A stretch of DNA of 64,000 nucleotides from an uncultured Eubacteriales bacterium (lineage in GTDB: Bacteria; Bacillota; Clostridia; Christensenellales; Aristaeellaceae), in NCBI GenBank assembly GCA_902801765.1, contig CADCJO010000001.1, positions 37,935 through 101,934 on the forward strand. Direction: 5' to 3'. The translations under genes were made by a program, and so were the position numbers. This document shows, piece by piece, positions 16,255 through 26,707 of the stretch (position 1 is its first letter; the number at the start of each line of letters is the position of its first letter). A model generated the notes under the pieces. It was not told the origin of the DNA. It worked only from the letters and a program-made list of their open reading frames with translations, and made no database searches.

Positions 16255-18937
16255 ACCGAATCAAAGATTCTATCCAGTCAACGGACAATTCCTGCTCCGG
16301 TTCAAACGCTTCGGAAACCATATAATCATAGATCGCCTGGCGCAGCGCTTTGACTTCCGGATACTGGGGCAAATTATGCAGTCCCATGGAGCTGACCATC
16401 AGCTTTCCCCCGCCGCACCGGCATTCAAACAGCTTCGCCATCGGCCGCAGGAACGCGTAAGAATCCATTTCGGTGATGATGGCTTCGATGCGTTCCGGCA
16501 GGATCAATGCCCGGGTATTCGCCATGGGCCACCATTGCCAGGTGTTCCAGCATTCCGTGGGGAACTTTTTGAAAAGGGGATGTTCATTGTTGATCAGCTG
16601 GCCCATGCCGCCCGCTTGATTCGGGAAGGTGCACACCGACCAGAAGTCGGGACTGAATTGGGTGGGAAGGGAATGCGGCATGGCTTCCGCTGTGGTGTCA
16701 GGCGCCAAAAACACTTTTCCGCCATGTGCCAGCACCGCTTTGGCCTTTTCATCCAGCGTCCGGCATTCATACACGTTTTCGGGGCAGACGAGAGATACTT
16801 CGGGATAGACCCACAGGGGATATTCATTTTCAACCCCACAGAAGGAAAGGGTCAGGATCAGCTTTTCAGCCGCTTCAATTCCTTCCAACGGCGCATGAAC
16901 TGTACCCAGCGGAGTCAGGCCGCCCGCCGGAGCGGCAGCAATGGGCAGGAAGCCATCCGCGAAAAAGCTTTCCCCTTTTATTGTCCAGACGCAGCTTCCC
17001 ACGAAATTGTTTTTTCCGTAATTTGCTATTTGTATTTTTGCTTCGACTGTTTCTCCTGCCGTATATGTGTACTTTGGCAGCAGCGCCAGGGGCAGCGCGT
17101 CCCGGAAGAAAGCGTGAAAACGTTCCGGCTGGCCGAAGAGATAAGGCTTGGGCTTCAGATGGCTGTTCATCATACCCACAAGCGCGGTGCCCTGGCCCGG
17201 AAAATCCTGCAGGCCCAGCAGAGAAATACCGCTGAGCTCCCGCGTGCGCAGGGCAGCCTCCGCTTCCGCGCGGTAGCACAGCAGGGAGCTTTCCCCCGTC
17301 GCTTCCACCATACGCTTCCAGTTCTTATCAAAGCCTTTTTCGATGACTTTTTTCCGGATGTGCTTCAGGTTTTCAGGGCTGGTGACGCCCTGGAAATCTT
17401 CAATTTCGTCAAAGTCCGGCAATACCTCGTACTGCCCCACCTCAAAAGAAAACACAGGCTGAGCGGAGCTATTCCGCAGAGAGGCCATTTCCGCATCATA
17501 ATTGACCTGGGCGTTGGGGTATTCCTGATTCAGCTTGCCCCGGCACTGAGCGGAAGTCAGGCGGATGCGCCGCTCCCGGTCGTTGGAGGAAGTGTAAAAA
17601 TCACTGCAAGGATCGGGACCATACGCGCCGTAATGCGGGTTGGAGCCGTTGGCATACAGGCGGGTAGCATCATACGCTTTCGCTTTTTCCAGCAGATGAT
17701 TCATAAAGGCGTGGCCCGCCGCGTCGGCGTGCAGTTCGTTGCCGAAGGTCAGCATCACGAAGGACGGATGGTTCGCCAGGTGCTTGAGGATCTCCACCAG
17801 TTCGGTTTCGTAATACTGCTTTGCTTCCTCGCCGGCAAAGGCGTCGTTCGGATTCCAGTGGGATAATTCCGGCTGCATCAGCATCCCCAGCTCATCCGCG
17901 GCGATGAACGCGGCTTCCGGCGGGCAATGGCTGTGGAAACGCAGGCAGTTGACGCCGTAGGACTGATAGCGCCGGATGATTTCTTTCCAGGCTTCCACGT
18001 CCATGGGAATATACCCCGTTTCCGGGAACGCGGCGCAATTGGCTTCCCCGCGCAGGAAAAACCGACGGCCGTTCAGGGTCAGATGACCGTTTTCCGCGTG
18101 AAAGTCCCGCAGACCAAAGGTGACGGTTTTAGGCTCCATCCCGTCCAGCGACACGGTAAGGGAATGAAGATTTCCTTCTTCCGTATCCCACTGCTTCGCA
18201 TTCGGCTGCACCGGTAAATCGTCAAACCATAATTCCTGTTTTCCGGCTTTCAGCAGCCCTTCCCTAACCAGGCAAGCTTCCCCGAAAACAGGAGAGGAGA
18301 GCGTCACGCTCCCCGTCCAATTCCGGGTCAGAGAAAGCGCAATCTGAACGCGAATCCCCTGTTTCTCCCCCGGATACCAAACTCGCACCGCGGAAATAAA
18401 ATCCGGTTCTTCCGTGCGGATGCGCACATAACCCAGCAGGCCGTTCCAGTTGGTCTGGGTTTCGTCGGAGGCGGCGGAAGAATACATGATCGCGTCATGC
18501 GGCCAACCAGGATAGCTGTTGTCAGACAGAAAGGTGAATTCATCCTCGCCCGTGACCAGGCCGGTGACTTCAAACACATACGGCGTCGAAATGCTGGCAG
18601 GGTGGAACAGCGGCGCTTCCCGGCCGTTTACCAGCAGGCGCAGATGCCGGGCGCGTTCGCATTCCACAAAGATTCGTTTTCCTGTCGGCAGATCCCACTT
18701 GTAAAAGCGGGAAATCTTCGCCTCTCCTTCAAAGGTATGTTTCCGGGTCAGGCGCGTCACGATGGAATCGCCCGGCTTCCAGAAGCCGATGCGCTCTACT
18801 TCGTCCACCTTCCACTGGTGAAGGGGATCGTCCTGGAAACCAATGCCGTTTTCATCCAGCGTTCCAGGCAGCAGCATTTCGCCGCGGAAGCCGGGGATTT
18901 CACAAATCCAGGAACCGGAAAGGTCAATATACCGCAT
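16253..18937 (-). CDS. Glycoside hydrolase family 2 protein
   Basis: 894 aa. It has a GH2 sugar-binding N-terminus and a TIM barrel with NCLRFHSHCPP...LTFGNELH. Confidence 0.8.
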   Translation of the reverse strand: MRYIDLSGSWICEIPGFRGEMLLPGTLDENGIGFQDDPLHQWKVDEVERIGFWKPGDSIVTRLTRKHTFEGEAKISRFYKWDLPTGKRIFVECERARHLRLLVNGREAPLFHPASISTPYVFEVTGLVTGEDEFTFLSDNSYPGWPHDAIMYSSAASDETQTNWNGLLGYVRIRTEEPDFISAVRVWYPGEKQGIRVQIALSLTRNWTGSVTLSSPVFGEACLVREGLLKAGKQELWFDDLPVQPNAKQWDTEEGNLHSLTVSLDGMEPKTVTFGLRDFHAENGHLTLNGRRFFLRGEANCAAFPETGYIPMDVEAWKEIIRRYQSYGVNCLRFHSHCPPEAAFIAADELGMLMQPELSHWNPNDAFAGEEAKQYYETELVEILKHLANHPSFVMLTFGNELHADAAGHAFMNHLLEKAKAYDATRLYANGSNPHYGAYGPDPCSDFYTSSNDRERRIRLTSAQCRGKLNQEYPNAQVNYDAEMASLRNSSAQPVFSFEVGQYEVLPDFDEIEDFQGVTSPENLKHIRKKVIEKGFDKNWKRMVEATGESSLLCYRAEAEAALRTRELSGISLLGLQDFPGQGTALVGMMNSHLKPKPYLFGQPERFHAFFRDALPLALLPKYTYTAGETVEAKIQIANYGKNNFVGSCVWTIKGESFFADGFLPIAAAPAGGLTPLGTVHAPLEGIEAAEKLILTLSFCGVENEYPLWVYPEVSLVCPENVYECRTLDEKAKAVLAHGGKVFLAPDTTAEAMPHSLPTQFSPDFWSVCTFPNQAGGMGQLINNEHPLFKKFPTECWNTWQWWPMANTRALILPERIEAIITEMDSYAFLRPMAKLFECRCGGGKLMVSSMGLHNLPQYPEVKALRQAIYDYMVSEAFEPEQELSVDWIESLIR

Positions 18938-18951
18938 AAACCAGTTTCTCC

Positions 18952-19956
18952 TTACCGATGGCGAAGAGGGGCGTTTCCGTGATAAGCGGCGTCCATGATG
19001 CGCGTGGTTTCCAGCGCGTCCCTGGACGTGATGAAGGGTGCCTGTCCTAATCTCAGATGCCGGTAGAAATCCGCGATCATCTGATCATGACCAGCACCCC
19101 AGTAGTTCTTTCCGACACCCGCGGTAACGGAAAAATCCTCCAGCCTTGCGCCGTCCGGGGTGATGATGGTCAGCCTTGCGCCGTCCATGTGCAGCTCGCC
19201 TTTTTCCAGAATCAGGTGCAGATAGATGTTTTCATTGGTAGAAGCACAGTTGGTGCAGTAGAAAACAAACCGGTTTCCATCTTTGTTTTCCAGCAGCATA
19301 TCGCAGGTATCTTCCGTTTCGATGGTATCCGCCAGGCGTTTGGCGGTCATGGTCGCGTTTTTGAGCTTCAGCCCGCCTGCCAGCCAGCGCAGCAGATCCA
19401 GCGTGTGGATGGACTGGTTGATGAGCGATGAACCACCCTCGGTTTTCCAGGTGCCACGCCAGGGGCAGGAAGCGTAATAGGCTTCGTCCCGGTCCCAGCA
19501 AACGAACGCGCTGCCGCCAATCACCCGGCCTAGTTCTCCCCCATCAATGATTTCCTTCATGCGGAGGGACGCGCCGTTATAACGGTTCTGAAAGCAGATG
19601 GTCAAGGTCTTTCCGCTTTCGTCGGATGCCCGCTGCATCGCTTCGGCTTCCTCGATGGTCATGCCCATGGGCTTTTCACAGAGCACATGCTTGCCCGCTT
19701 TCAGTGCGGCAATGGCAATCGGCGCGTGCAGATAGTGCGGCACGCAGACGTGCACCGCGTCAATATCCGACCGGGCCAGCAGATCGTTGTAATCCGTATA
19801 GCCTTCAACGCCCTGGGCTTCCATGGCCCTGTGCAGTTTTTCCACGTCAACGTCGCACACCGCGCGCAGCACCGCGTGTTCCGCTTTTCCGATCGCGTGA
19901 AAATGATTGCCGGAGATGGCCCCGCAGCCGATTACGCCAACACGAAACTGTTCCAT
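18952..19956 (-). CDS. Gfo/Idh/MocA family oxidoreductase
   Basis: FRVGVIGCGAISGNH Rossmann motif and EKPM motif. Start at ATG 19956 behind GGGGGA. Confidence 0.85.
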   Translation of the reverse strand: MEQFRVGVIGCGAISGNHFHAIGKAEHAVLRAVCDVDVEKLHRAMEAQGVEGYTDYNDLLARSDIDAVHVCVPHYLHAPIAIAALKAGKHVLCEKPMGMTIEEAEAMQRASDESGKTLTICFQNRYNGASLRMKEIIDGGELGRVIGGSAFVCWDRDEAYYASCPWRGTWKTEGGSSLINQSIHTLDLLRWLAGGLKLKNATMTAKRLADTIETEDTCDMLLENKDGNRFVFYCTNCASTNENIYLHLILEKGELHMDGARLTIITPDGARLEDFSVTAGVGKNYWGAGHDQMIADFYRHLRLGQAPFITSRDALETTRIMDAAYHGNAPLRHR

Positions 19957-19986
19957 TTCATATTCCCCCATCCTTTGATTTGGTTT

Positions 19987-20874
19987 TCAGAATTCTCCCA
20001 GATATTGCGTCACATACCATTCCTTGCCGTCCGTTTCCATCACGATCCGGCCAAACCCTTGGGTGACGAAGGTCATATTCCGCCGCTCCACCTGCCTGGC
20101 GCAGGGCTCGATGTTGGAAAGCCAGTTGGTGGCGAACACCAATTGCGGGTTCACGGTTTCCAGAAAATCGATTTCCATGATGGTGTAGGCGTGATGCGGA
20201 AATTTCAAAATATCCGCTTTCAGCCAATCAACTGGCACCTGATTCAGCACGCCCATCTGGGCGATGCTTTCCGCATCGGCAGTCAAAAGCAGCGTGGCGT
20301 CCCCGAAGGTGACGTGGGTCAGGCAGCTCAGCTCATTCGGTCCTCCACCGTCCGCCCACCAGAAAAAACGCAGCGTCGCGCCACCCAGGTCCATGATTTC
20401 GTTCTGCTCCAGCTGGTGGATGGGAATGTTCCGACCCCGGAATTCTTTCAGAGCGGTGCGCAGCATACTGTTTTTGTACGTGTCGGGGAAACTGGTGATG
20501 AATTCATCGGTGGTCAGGCCCTTGCGAATCATGCGGTAAATGCCTTTTAAATGATCCTCGTGGGGGTGCGTATTGAACACGTGGGGAATGTGCACGTGCC
20601 CGTCCTCCGCAGTCAGTCCCATCTCCGTGAACGCGTCCAGCAATAACTGCGCCCACTTGTCCATCGCCCCGTCCACCAGCATCGCGTCCCCGCCGCATTG
20701 CAGCAGCATGGCGTCGTTGACCATGGTCTTGAACACGGTCAGGCGAAGCAAGTCGCGCTCCTGCCAGTCCTCCGGCGGGGTTTCGTTAAAATGAACCGGG
20801 GCTTCCGACAGCGCGCCAAGATGAGGCAAGCAGAAAAGCAATACGCAGACCAAAAAAACCAATCGCTTTTTCAA
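19987..20874 (-). CDS. Secreted MBL-fold metallo-hydrolase
   Basis: Signal peptide MKKRLVFLVCVLLFCLPHLGA. HPHEDH metal-binding motif. Confidence 0.8.
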   Translation of the reverse strand: MKKRLVFLVCVLLFCLPHLGALSEAPVHFNETPPEDWQERDLLRLTVFKTMVNDAMLLQCGGDAMLVDGAMDKWAQLLLDAFTEMGLTAEDGHVHIPHVFNTHPHEDHLKGIYRMIRKGLTTDEFITSFPDTYKNSMLRTALKEFRGRNIPIHQLEQNEIMDLGGATLRFFWWADGGGPNELSCLTHVTFGDATLLLTADAESIAQMGVLNQVPVDWLKADILKFPHHAYTIMEIDFLETVNPQLVFATNWLSNIEPCARQVERRNMTFVTQGFGRIVMETDGKEWYVTQYLGEF

Positions 20875-21575
20875 TGCTGTTCTCCTCGGTTTTCTCCCCT
20901 CAATTGCTTTAAGAATTCCTTCCGTTCTTCGGAAATCTGATAGCTTTCCAGAGCCTTCTGGATGGTTTTGCTGTGCACCCAGGGAGAAAGCTGTCTTTCC
21001 GTCAGATAGGGCAGCACGGCGTCATACTGCTTCGCCAGCGCCGTGGCAAAATACCAGGCGATCATCATATTCACGTAGTATTCTTCACTTTGAATATCGG
21101 CGACCAGCGCGGGATAAGCGGGGTCAAAAGCGTCGTCCAGACCATGCTGCATCAGCATCCTGATACCGAAGCGGATGGTATATGGGTGAGAAGCCGCAAT
21201 CCATTTTTTGATATATGGCAGCAATTCCGCCCGATGCTTTTTGAAGACTTTCGGGGACAGCTGATCGCAGGTAGCCCAGTTGTCCACATAAGGCAGGAAC
21301 GTTTCCACCCGCTTCACGCAGGTGTCAAAATCCTTTTCTTCTGAAATCAGAAAAGCGTGAAGCTGGTTTTCATCAAAATACCGGTGCGGCAATCGCTGAA
21401 GGAATGCTTCCCCCGCTCCGCTTTTGTGCAGTTCCTTCGCGAAGGTTCTCAGTGCGGGTGTGCGCACGCCGATGAAGCTGTCCTTAGGCGCGGTGGGAAT
21501 CAGTTTCACCTGGAACGCTCCGTAGGCTTCATCCTGCATTTCAAACAATCGTGCTGCGATCTCTTGTTCAGTCAT
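20871..21575 (-). CDS. DNA alkylation repair protein (AlkD-like HEAT repeat)
   Basis: FQVKLIPT...FIGVRTPALRTFAKEL pattern of the DNA_alkylation family. Confidence 0.75.
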   Translation of the reverse strand: MTEQEIAARLFEMQDEAYGAFQVKLIPTAPKDSFIGVRTPALRTFAKELHKSGAGEAFLQRLPHRYFDENQLHAFLISEEKDFDTCVKRVETFLPYVDNWATCDQLSPKVFKKHRAELLPYIKKWIAASHPYTIRFGIRMLMQHGLDDAFDPAYPALVADIQSEEYYVNMMIAWYFATALAKQYDAVLPYLTERQLSPWVHSKTIQKALESYQISEERKEFLKQLRGENRGEQH

Positions 21576-22131
21576 GATTTTCCCATTCTTCCCTTTTGAG
21601 AATGTTCGTTTGATCCGGTTCTACAGTATCAAAATGGGTATGGTATTCTCCGAAAGCGTATGGATGGAATCCACATTTTTGCTGAACCCTGGCAGATCGT
21701 GGATTGGAAAGAAAATGGCTGCAAGTGATGAAATCCACACCCACGTCCTCAAACAGATAACGAATCACTTCCCGCACCGCTTCCGGCATCAATCCCTTGC
21801 CCCAGAAATCTTTGGAAAGAACAAAGCCCAATTCACGGCCCGTATTCTCCCACAGTTCCGGGAATCGCTGCTCATTGTAGCGTTCAATACCCAGGGAACC
21901 AATCACCTTTCCCCGGTATTCCAGAGCAAAGGTCTTTTTATTCTCAATGAAATGATTCAGAATGGTTTTGGATTCTTCCTTGCTTTTGTGGGGAACCCAC
22001 CCCGCCATTTGGCCCACGCCGTCCACAGAGGCGTATTCATAAAAATCGTCCAAGTCCTCCTGCCGCCAGGGACGCAGGGTCAGGCGCTCGGTTTTCAGGA
22101 CCGTTTTGCTGATGTCAATCTCCGCGTTCAT
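21568..22131 (-). CDS. GNAT family N-acetyltransferase (RimJ/RimL-like)
   Basis: TERLTLRPWRQEDLDDFYEY..., acetyltransferase core. Confidence 0.8.
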   Translation of the reverse strand: MNAEIDISKTVLKTERLTLRPWRQEDLDDFYEYASVDGVGQMAGWVPHKSKEESKTILNHFIENKKTFALEYRGKVIGSLGIERYNEQRFPELWENTGRELGFVLSKDFWGKGLMPEAVREVIRYLFEDVGVDFITCSHFLSNPRSARVQQKCGFHPYAFGEYHTHFDTVEPDQTNILKREEWENHD

Positions 22132-22134
22132 CCT

Positions 22135-24063
22135 TTATCCCTCCGTGGCTTCGGCCAGCGCTTCCTCCGCTTCCTCCCAATCCGTATACGCTTGGGAAAG
22201 GGCATCCTTCAACCGCTGGTATTCCTTCGCGGCGGCGGCGGCCTTGTCCGGATTGGTGTAAACCTCCGGGCTTGCCATCAGTGCTTCCTGCCGTTCTATG
22301 GCTTCCTCGGTGTCAGTGATCATTTTTTCAGCCTGTCGAGTGGTTTCTTTCAGGGCTTTCAGCTGCTCCTTTGCCAGCCGGATTTTCCGCTTTTCCTTGC
22401 CTGCTTCCGTGCGGGTCATTTCGGCAAAACGCGGGTCCTGATTCTGCTGGGCCTGTTCCCATTGCAGCTTCGCCATGTAGTCGTCAAAGTTGCCCAGATA
22501 TTCCTTGATGCCGTTTTCCGTCAGCACGGCCACGCGGGTAGCGAAGCGGTTAATAAAATAGCGGTCGTGGGAAACGGCCAGGATGGTGCCCTCGAAATTT
22601 TCCAGGGCGTCTTCCAACACTTCGCGGCTGTCCATATCCAGGTGGTTGGTAGGCTCGTCCAGGAGCAGCAGATTGTCCCTGTGCAGCATCAGCTTGGTCA
22701 GTGCGACCCGGCCCTTTTCCCCGCCGGACAGGGTGTGGATGGGCATAAACACATCCTCGCCGGTAAACAGAAACAGGCCCAGTGCCCCGCGCACCTGGCT
22801 TTGCTCCAAGCGGGGGAAGGCGTCCCAAACTTCGTCCAGCACTGTTTTTTCCGGGTGCAGCCCCTCCTGCTTCTGGTCGTAGTAGCCCGTATCCACGTTA
22901 GCGCCCCAACGAACAGAACCGGTGTCCGGCGTTTCTTCGCCCACGAGGCATTTAAGCAGGGTGGATTTGCCGATGCCGTTAGGCCCCAGCAGGGCCACCC
23001 GGTCGCCCGCCCGCAGGGTCAGATTAACATTTTTGAAAAGGGTTCTTTCACCGAAGGATTTGCTGTAATCCCGGATGAACATCACATCGTCCCCGGTGCG
23101 CCGCTTGGCCTCGAAGCGGAAGCGCACCTGATGCTCGTCCTCCGGGCGTTCCAGGCGCTCGACCTTTTCCAATCGTTTCTCCCGGCTTTCGGCGGCTTTG
23201 ATGGATTTTTCCCGGTTGAAGGATTTATACCGGGCAATGATCGCTTCTTCTCTTGCAATCATCTTCTGCTGCTGTTCCCAGGCCCGCATCCGGATTTCAA
23301 AACGCTCTGCCCGCTGGTTCATGTAGGAAGAATAGTTGCCGGTATACTGTTCCAGCGTTCCCAGCAGCAATTCAGAAATATGCGTGCACACATGATCCAG
23401 GAAATAGCGGTCATGGCTGACCACCAGCAGCGTGCCCTTGTATTCGGACAGATAATGTTCCAGCCAGTCCAGCGCGGATAAGTCCAGGTGGTTGGTGGGT
23501 TCGTCCAAAAGCAATAAATCGGGCTTTTGCAGCAGCAGCTTGGCAAGGCACAGCCTCGTCAGTTCGCCGCCGGACAGCAGCCGGGCGGGCTGTTCGTACT
23601 GCTCTTTGGTAAACCCCAGGCCAGCAAGCACACCTTGAATGGAGGACTTCCAAGCGTAACCGTCCGCCTTTTCAAACGCGTCGTTCAGGCGGGCGTAGGT
23701 TTCCCCCATGCGTTTGAGTTCGATCTCGCTGGCTTCGGACATGTCGTGTTCCAGCGCCCGCAGCTTTTCTTCCATGGCAAACACGGGCTCAAACACCTGC
23801 TTCATTTCTTCAAATACGGTGCTGTCACCCTGCGCCTGATATTGCTGCTCCATGTAACCTACGCGCATTCCCTTCATCAGGGAAATACTGCCGCCGTCAG
23901 CGTGTTCCCGTCCCGCCAGGATATTGAGCAGCGTGGTTTTTCCGCAGCCGTTCACGCCTACCAGACCCATCCGCTGATGATCCTGCAAGGTCAGGCTCAC
24001 ATCCTTGAGCACCACGTTGCCGCCAAACGCCTTGTGGAGGTTCTGAATCGTTAAAACAATCAT
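22135..24063 (-). CDS. ABC-F family ATPase (two ABC domains, no TM, coiled-coil C-terminus)
   Basis: Two Walker A sites (GVNGCGKTT, GPNGIGKST), two LSGGE signatures and a charged C-terminal helix. Start at MIVLTIQNL (ATG 24063). Confidence 0.85.
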   Translation of the reverse strand: MIVLTIQNLHKAFGGNVVLKDVSLTLQDHQRMGLVGVNGCGKTTLLNILAGREHADGGSISLMKGMRVGYMEQQYQAQGDSTVFEEMKQVFEPVFAMEEKLRALEHDMSEASEIELKRMGETYARLNDAFEKADGYAWKSSIQGVLAGLGFTKEQYEQPARLLSGGELTRLCLAKLLLQKPDLLLLDEPTNHLDLSALDWLEHYLSEYKGTLLVVSHDRYFLDHVCTHISELLLGTLEQYTGNYSSYMNQRAERFEIRMRAWEQQQKMIAREEAIIARYKSFNREKSIKAAESREKRLEKVERLERPEDEHQVRFRFEAKRRTGDDVMFIRDYSKSFGERTLFKNVNLTLRAGDRVALLGPNGIGKSTLLKCLVGEETPDTGSVRWGANVDTGYYDQKQEGLHPEKTVLDEVWDAFPRLEQSQVRGALGLFLFTGEDVFMPIHTLSGGEKGRVALTKLMLHRDNLLLLDEPTNHLDMDSREVLEDALENFEGTILAVSHDRYFINRFATRVAVLTENGIKEYLGNFDDYMAKLQWEQAQQNQDPRFAEMTRTEAGKEKRKIRLAKEQLKALKETTRQAEKMITDTEEAIERQEALMASPEVYTNPDKAAAAAKEYQRLKDALSQAYTDWEEAEEALAEATEG

Positions 24064-24160
24064 ATGGGATAACTCCGGTAAAAAGATTTGCGCTCCAAAA
24101 CCCAAACAAAGGGCTGACCATTTTGCTGTCAGCCCTCAAAAGCCAAGCGATAAACGCCGC

Positions 24161-24397
24161 TTATTTCACCAGCAGCATCACGATCGCCAGCACCACGAAC
24201 ACGATGGAAGAAACCTTGGTAGCCAGAGCCAGCTTGCCTTCCAGGGTATTGTTCTTGTTTTTGCCGAAGAACGTTTCGCTGCCGCCGGTCAAAGCGCCCA
24301 TGCCGTCGGATTCGCTGTCCTGCATCAGCACGGTCACGATCATCACCAAGGCGGAAATGACCATCAGAATGTCCAGAATTACTTCAATTGCGCTCAT
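24161..24397 (-). CDS. secG: Preprotein translocase subunit SecG
   Basis: 78 aa with two TMs flanking QDSESDGMGALTGG. Start ATG 24397 behind AAGGAGGG. Confidence 0.8.
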   Translation of the reverse strand: MSAIEVILDILMVISALVMIVTVLMQDSESDGMGALTGGSETFFGKNKNNTLEGKLALATKVSSIVFVVLAIVMLLVK

Positions 24398-24510
24398 GTA
24401 AAATGTCCCTCCTTGAAATAGCACAGAACGTATTCTATCACAGGTTTTGAAAAAATACAAGCGGAATACTGAAAAAAGTGGGAAAACTGCGTAAGTTTTT
24501 TACAATTTCT

Positions 24511-25893
24511 TTACGCTTCCGCACCGATGCCGGTCTGGTCCTTCTTCCAACGGCCGGAGAAGATGAACCAGCCGCCCAGAAGGACGCCCGCCACGGACGC
24601 CGCGGGCCCGGCCAGACCCACGCCCATCAGACCCCAGCCCAAGACGGAACCAAACAGAATAGCGACGGGAATTCGCAAAAGAAGAGAAGAAAGCGACGCG
24701 TTGAGCAGTGTAAAGCGGGTATGCCCCGCGCCCATGATCAGGCCGTTAAAGCAGAACTGAATCGGCACCAGCAGGTAGTCAAAGCTGAACGTGCGCATAT
24801 ATTCCACGCCGTTTTTGATCAGCTCCGGGTCGGGGCTGAAAATGCCGATGATGGCCTCCGGAAAAATCTGCACCGCAGCGAACACAACCAGGGAAATGCC
24901 CATGGCGATTTCGATGCCGACCCACAGGCTCTTTTTCGCCCGGTCATACAGCCGCGCGCCGATGTTCTGGGCGGCGAAGGCACTGACAGAGGAAGACATG
25001 GCGACGGCGGGCAGGATGGCGAAGGAATTGAACTTGCCCACCACGCCGACCGCGGCGGAGGCGGTGTAGCCGCCGATGGAATTGACGATGCTGGTCATCA
25101 CCAGGAAGGAAATATTCACCACGATGCTCTGCACGGAGGAGGGAATGCCCAGCTTTACCATCAGCTGCATCTTTTCCTTCTGGATGCGGAAGGATTTGAG
25201 CTTGAAATCAAAGATGAACTTGTTTCGGCTCAGATACCAGGCGGCCAGCAGCAGGCTGATTGCCTGCGCGATCACGGTGGCCCAGGCTGCGCCCGCGGCT
25301 CCCATGCCCATGCCCTTGACCAGCCACAGGTCAAGCACCACGTTCACCAGGCAGGCGATGCCGACAAAGATCAGCGGCCGCACGGAATCGCCCAGCCCGC
25401 GCTGGATGGAGGAAACCGCGTTGTATCCGAAGATGAACAGCGTGCCGCTCAGGCAGATATTCAGGTAGGATTTGGCGTGGTCAAACGCCTCGGCGGGGGT
25501 ATTCAGCAGCCGCAGCATCACGTCGGAAAGAATCAGCATCAGCGCCATCAGCACCAAGCCCACCAGCGCCATGAGGGTGAACATGGTGCCCACGGTTTCG
25601 GAAGCGTCCTTCTGCTTTTTCGCGCCGACGTACTGGCCCACCATGACTGTGCCGGAGATGGTCAGGCCGCTCACCATCATCACCACCAGGTTGGTGATCT
25701 GGCTGCCGATATTCACGCCGGACAGAATCTGGGCGCTGATCACTGGGTCGGGGTCGGAAAAGTTGCCCACCACCAGCATATCCACAGCACCGTAGAGCGC
25801 TTGCAATATATTGGAAAGAAGAAAGGGCAGGGAGAAGGCGATCATGCTTTTGGCGATCGGCCCTTGGGTAAAATCCCGCTGTGTTCTTGCCAT
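24511..25893 (-). CDS. MATE family efflux transporter
   Basis: 460 aa, 12 predicted TMs, N-terminal FTQGPI..ML.FSLPFLLSNILQALYG MatE signature. Confidence 0.85.
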   Translation of the reverse strand: MARTQRDFTQGPIAKSMIAFSLPFLLSNILQALYGAVDMLVVGNFSDPDPVISAQILSGVNIGSQITNLVVMMVSGLTISGTVMVGQYVGAKKQKDASETVGTMFTLMALVGLVLMALMLILSDVMLRLLNTPAEAFDHAKSYLNICLSGTLFIFGYNAVSSIQRGLGDSVRPLIFVGIACLVNVVLDLWLVKGMGMGAAGAAWATVIAQAISLLLAAWYLSRNKFIFDFKLKSFRIQKEKMQLMVKLGIPSSVQSIVVNISFLVMTSIVNSIGGYTASAAVGVVGKFNSFAILPAVAMSSSVSAFAAQNIGARLYDRAKKSLWVGIEIAMGISLVVFAAVQIFPEAIIGIFSPDPELIKNGVEYMRTFSFDYLLVPIQFCFNGLIMGAGHTRFTLLNASLSSLLLRIPVAILFGSVLGWGLMGVGLAGPAASVAGVLLGGWFIFSGRWKKDQTGIGAEA

Positions 25894-26226
25894 CGGAAAA
25901 ACCTCGCTTGCATAATATAATACACAGGTTCATCATAAATCAATCATAGCAAAAAAACAAGACCGGAATCCGGTTTTGTTTTATCCGTTTTCGTCGTGCA
26001 TAAATTGTTCCTTGTATATTCCGATCAAAATTGTCGGGATTATTCATGCAGGATTAAACAAAAAAACTATAAAATTTCATTGTTTTTTTCGCCATATTTT
26101 TTAAAAATGGGCGTGCAATTTGCAAAAAAATATGGTATGATAATCAATGGTATATACCGTATATGGATATGCCGCCATTTCGGATGCAAAATCCGACGCA
26201 AGTATTAAAGGAGGTCTTGAACTGTC

Positions 26227-26703
26227 ATGCCGGACAACAAAGACAAGTATGAGCAGCTGAATCAGGTCATCGCTGAGCTGAAAGACCAGCCCGGCGCGCT
26301 GATGCCCGTGCTGCAGCGCGCCCAGGGGATCTTCGGCTGCGTGCCCATGGACGTGCAGAAGATCATCGCGGAGGGGCTGGGCGTCACGCTGAGCGAGGTC
26401 TACGGCGTCGCCACCTTCTATTCCCAGTTCCGCCTGGAGCCCAACGGCAAGTACACCATCAGCGTGTGCCTGGGCACCGCCTGCTACGTCAAGGGCAGCC
26501 AGAAGGTGCTGGACCGCCTGAGCGAAGAGCTGAAAACCCCCGTGGGCAAGACGTCTCCCGACGGTCTGTTCACCCTGAACGCCACCCGCTGCCTGGGCGC
26601 CTGCGGCCTGGCCCCCGTTATGACCATCAATGATGAAGTGTACGGGCGTCTGGTGCCCGACGACATCCCCGGCATCCTGGCCAAGTACAGAGAGCAGGCG
26701 TAA
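26227..26703 (+). CDS. hndA: [FeFe]-hydrogenase NuoE-like [2Fe-2S] subunit (HndA/HydC)
   Basis: Thioredoxin-like ferredoxin with CLGTACYVKG ... CLGACGLAPV. Confidence 0.9.
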   Translation: MPDNKDKYEQLNQVIAELKDQPGALMPVLQRAQGIFGCVPMDVQKIIAEGLGVTLSEVYGVATFYSQFRLEPNGKYTISVCLGTACYVKGSQKVLDRLSEELKTPVGKTSPDGLFTLNATRCLGACGLAPVMTINDEVYGRLVPDDIPGILAKYREQA

Positions 26704-26707
26704 ATAG

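Noticed and set aside
25996-26208. 70-aa ORF in the AT-rich hydrogenase upstream region
   Set aside because: It has a GTG start without an RBS and an AT-driven K/I/F/Y-rich translation. It overlaps the likely hndA promoter and leader.
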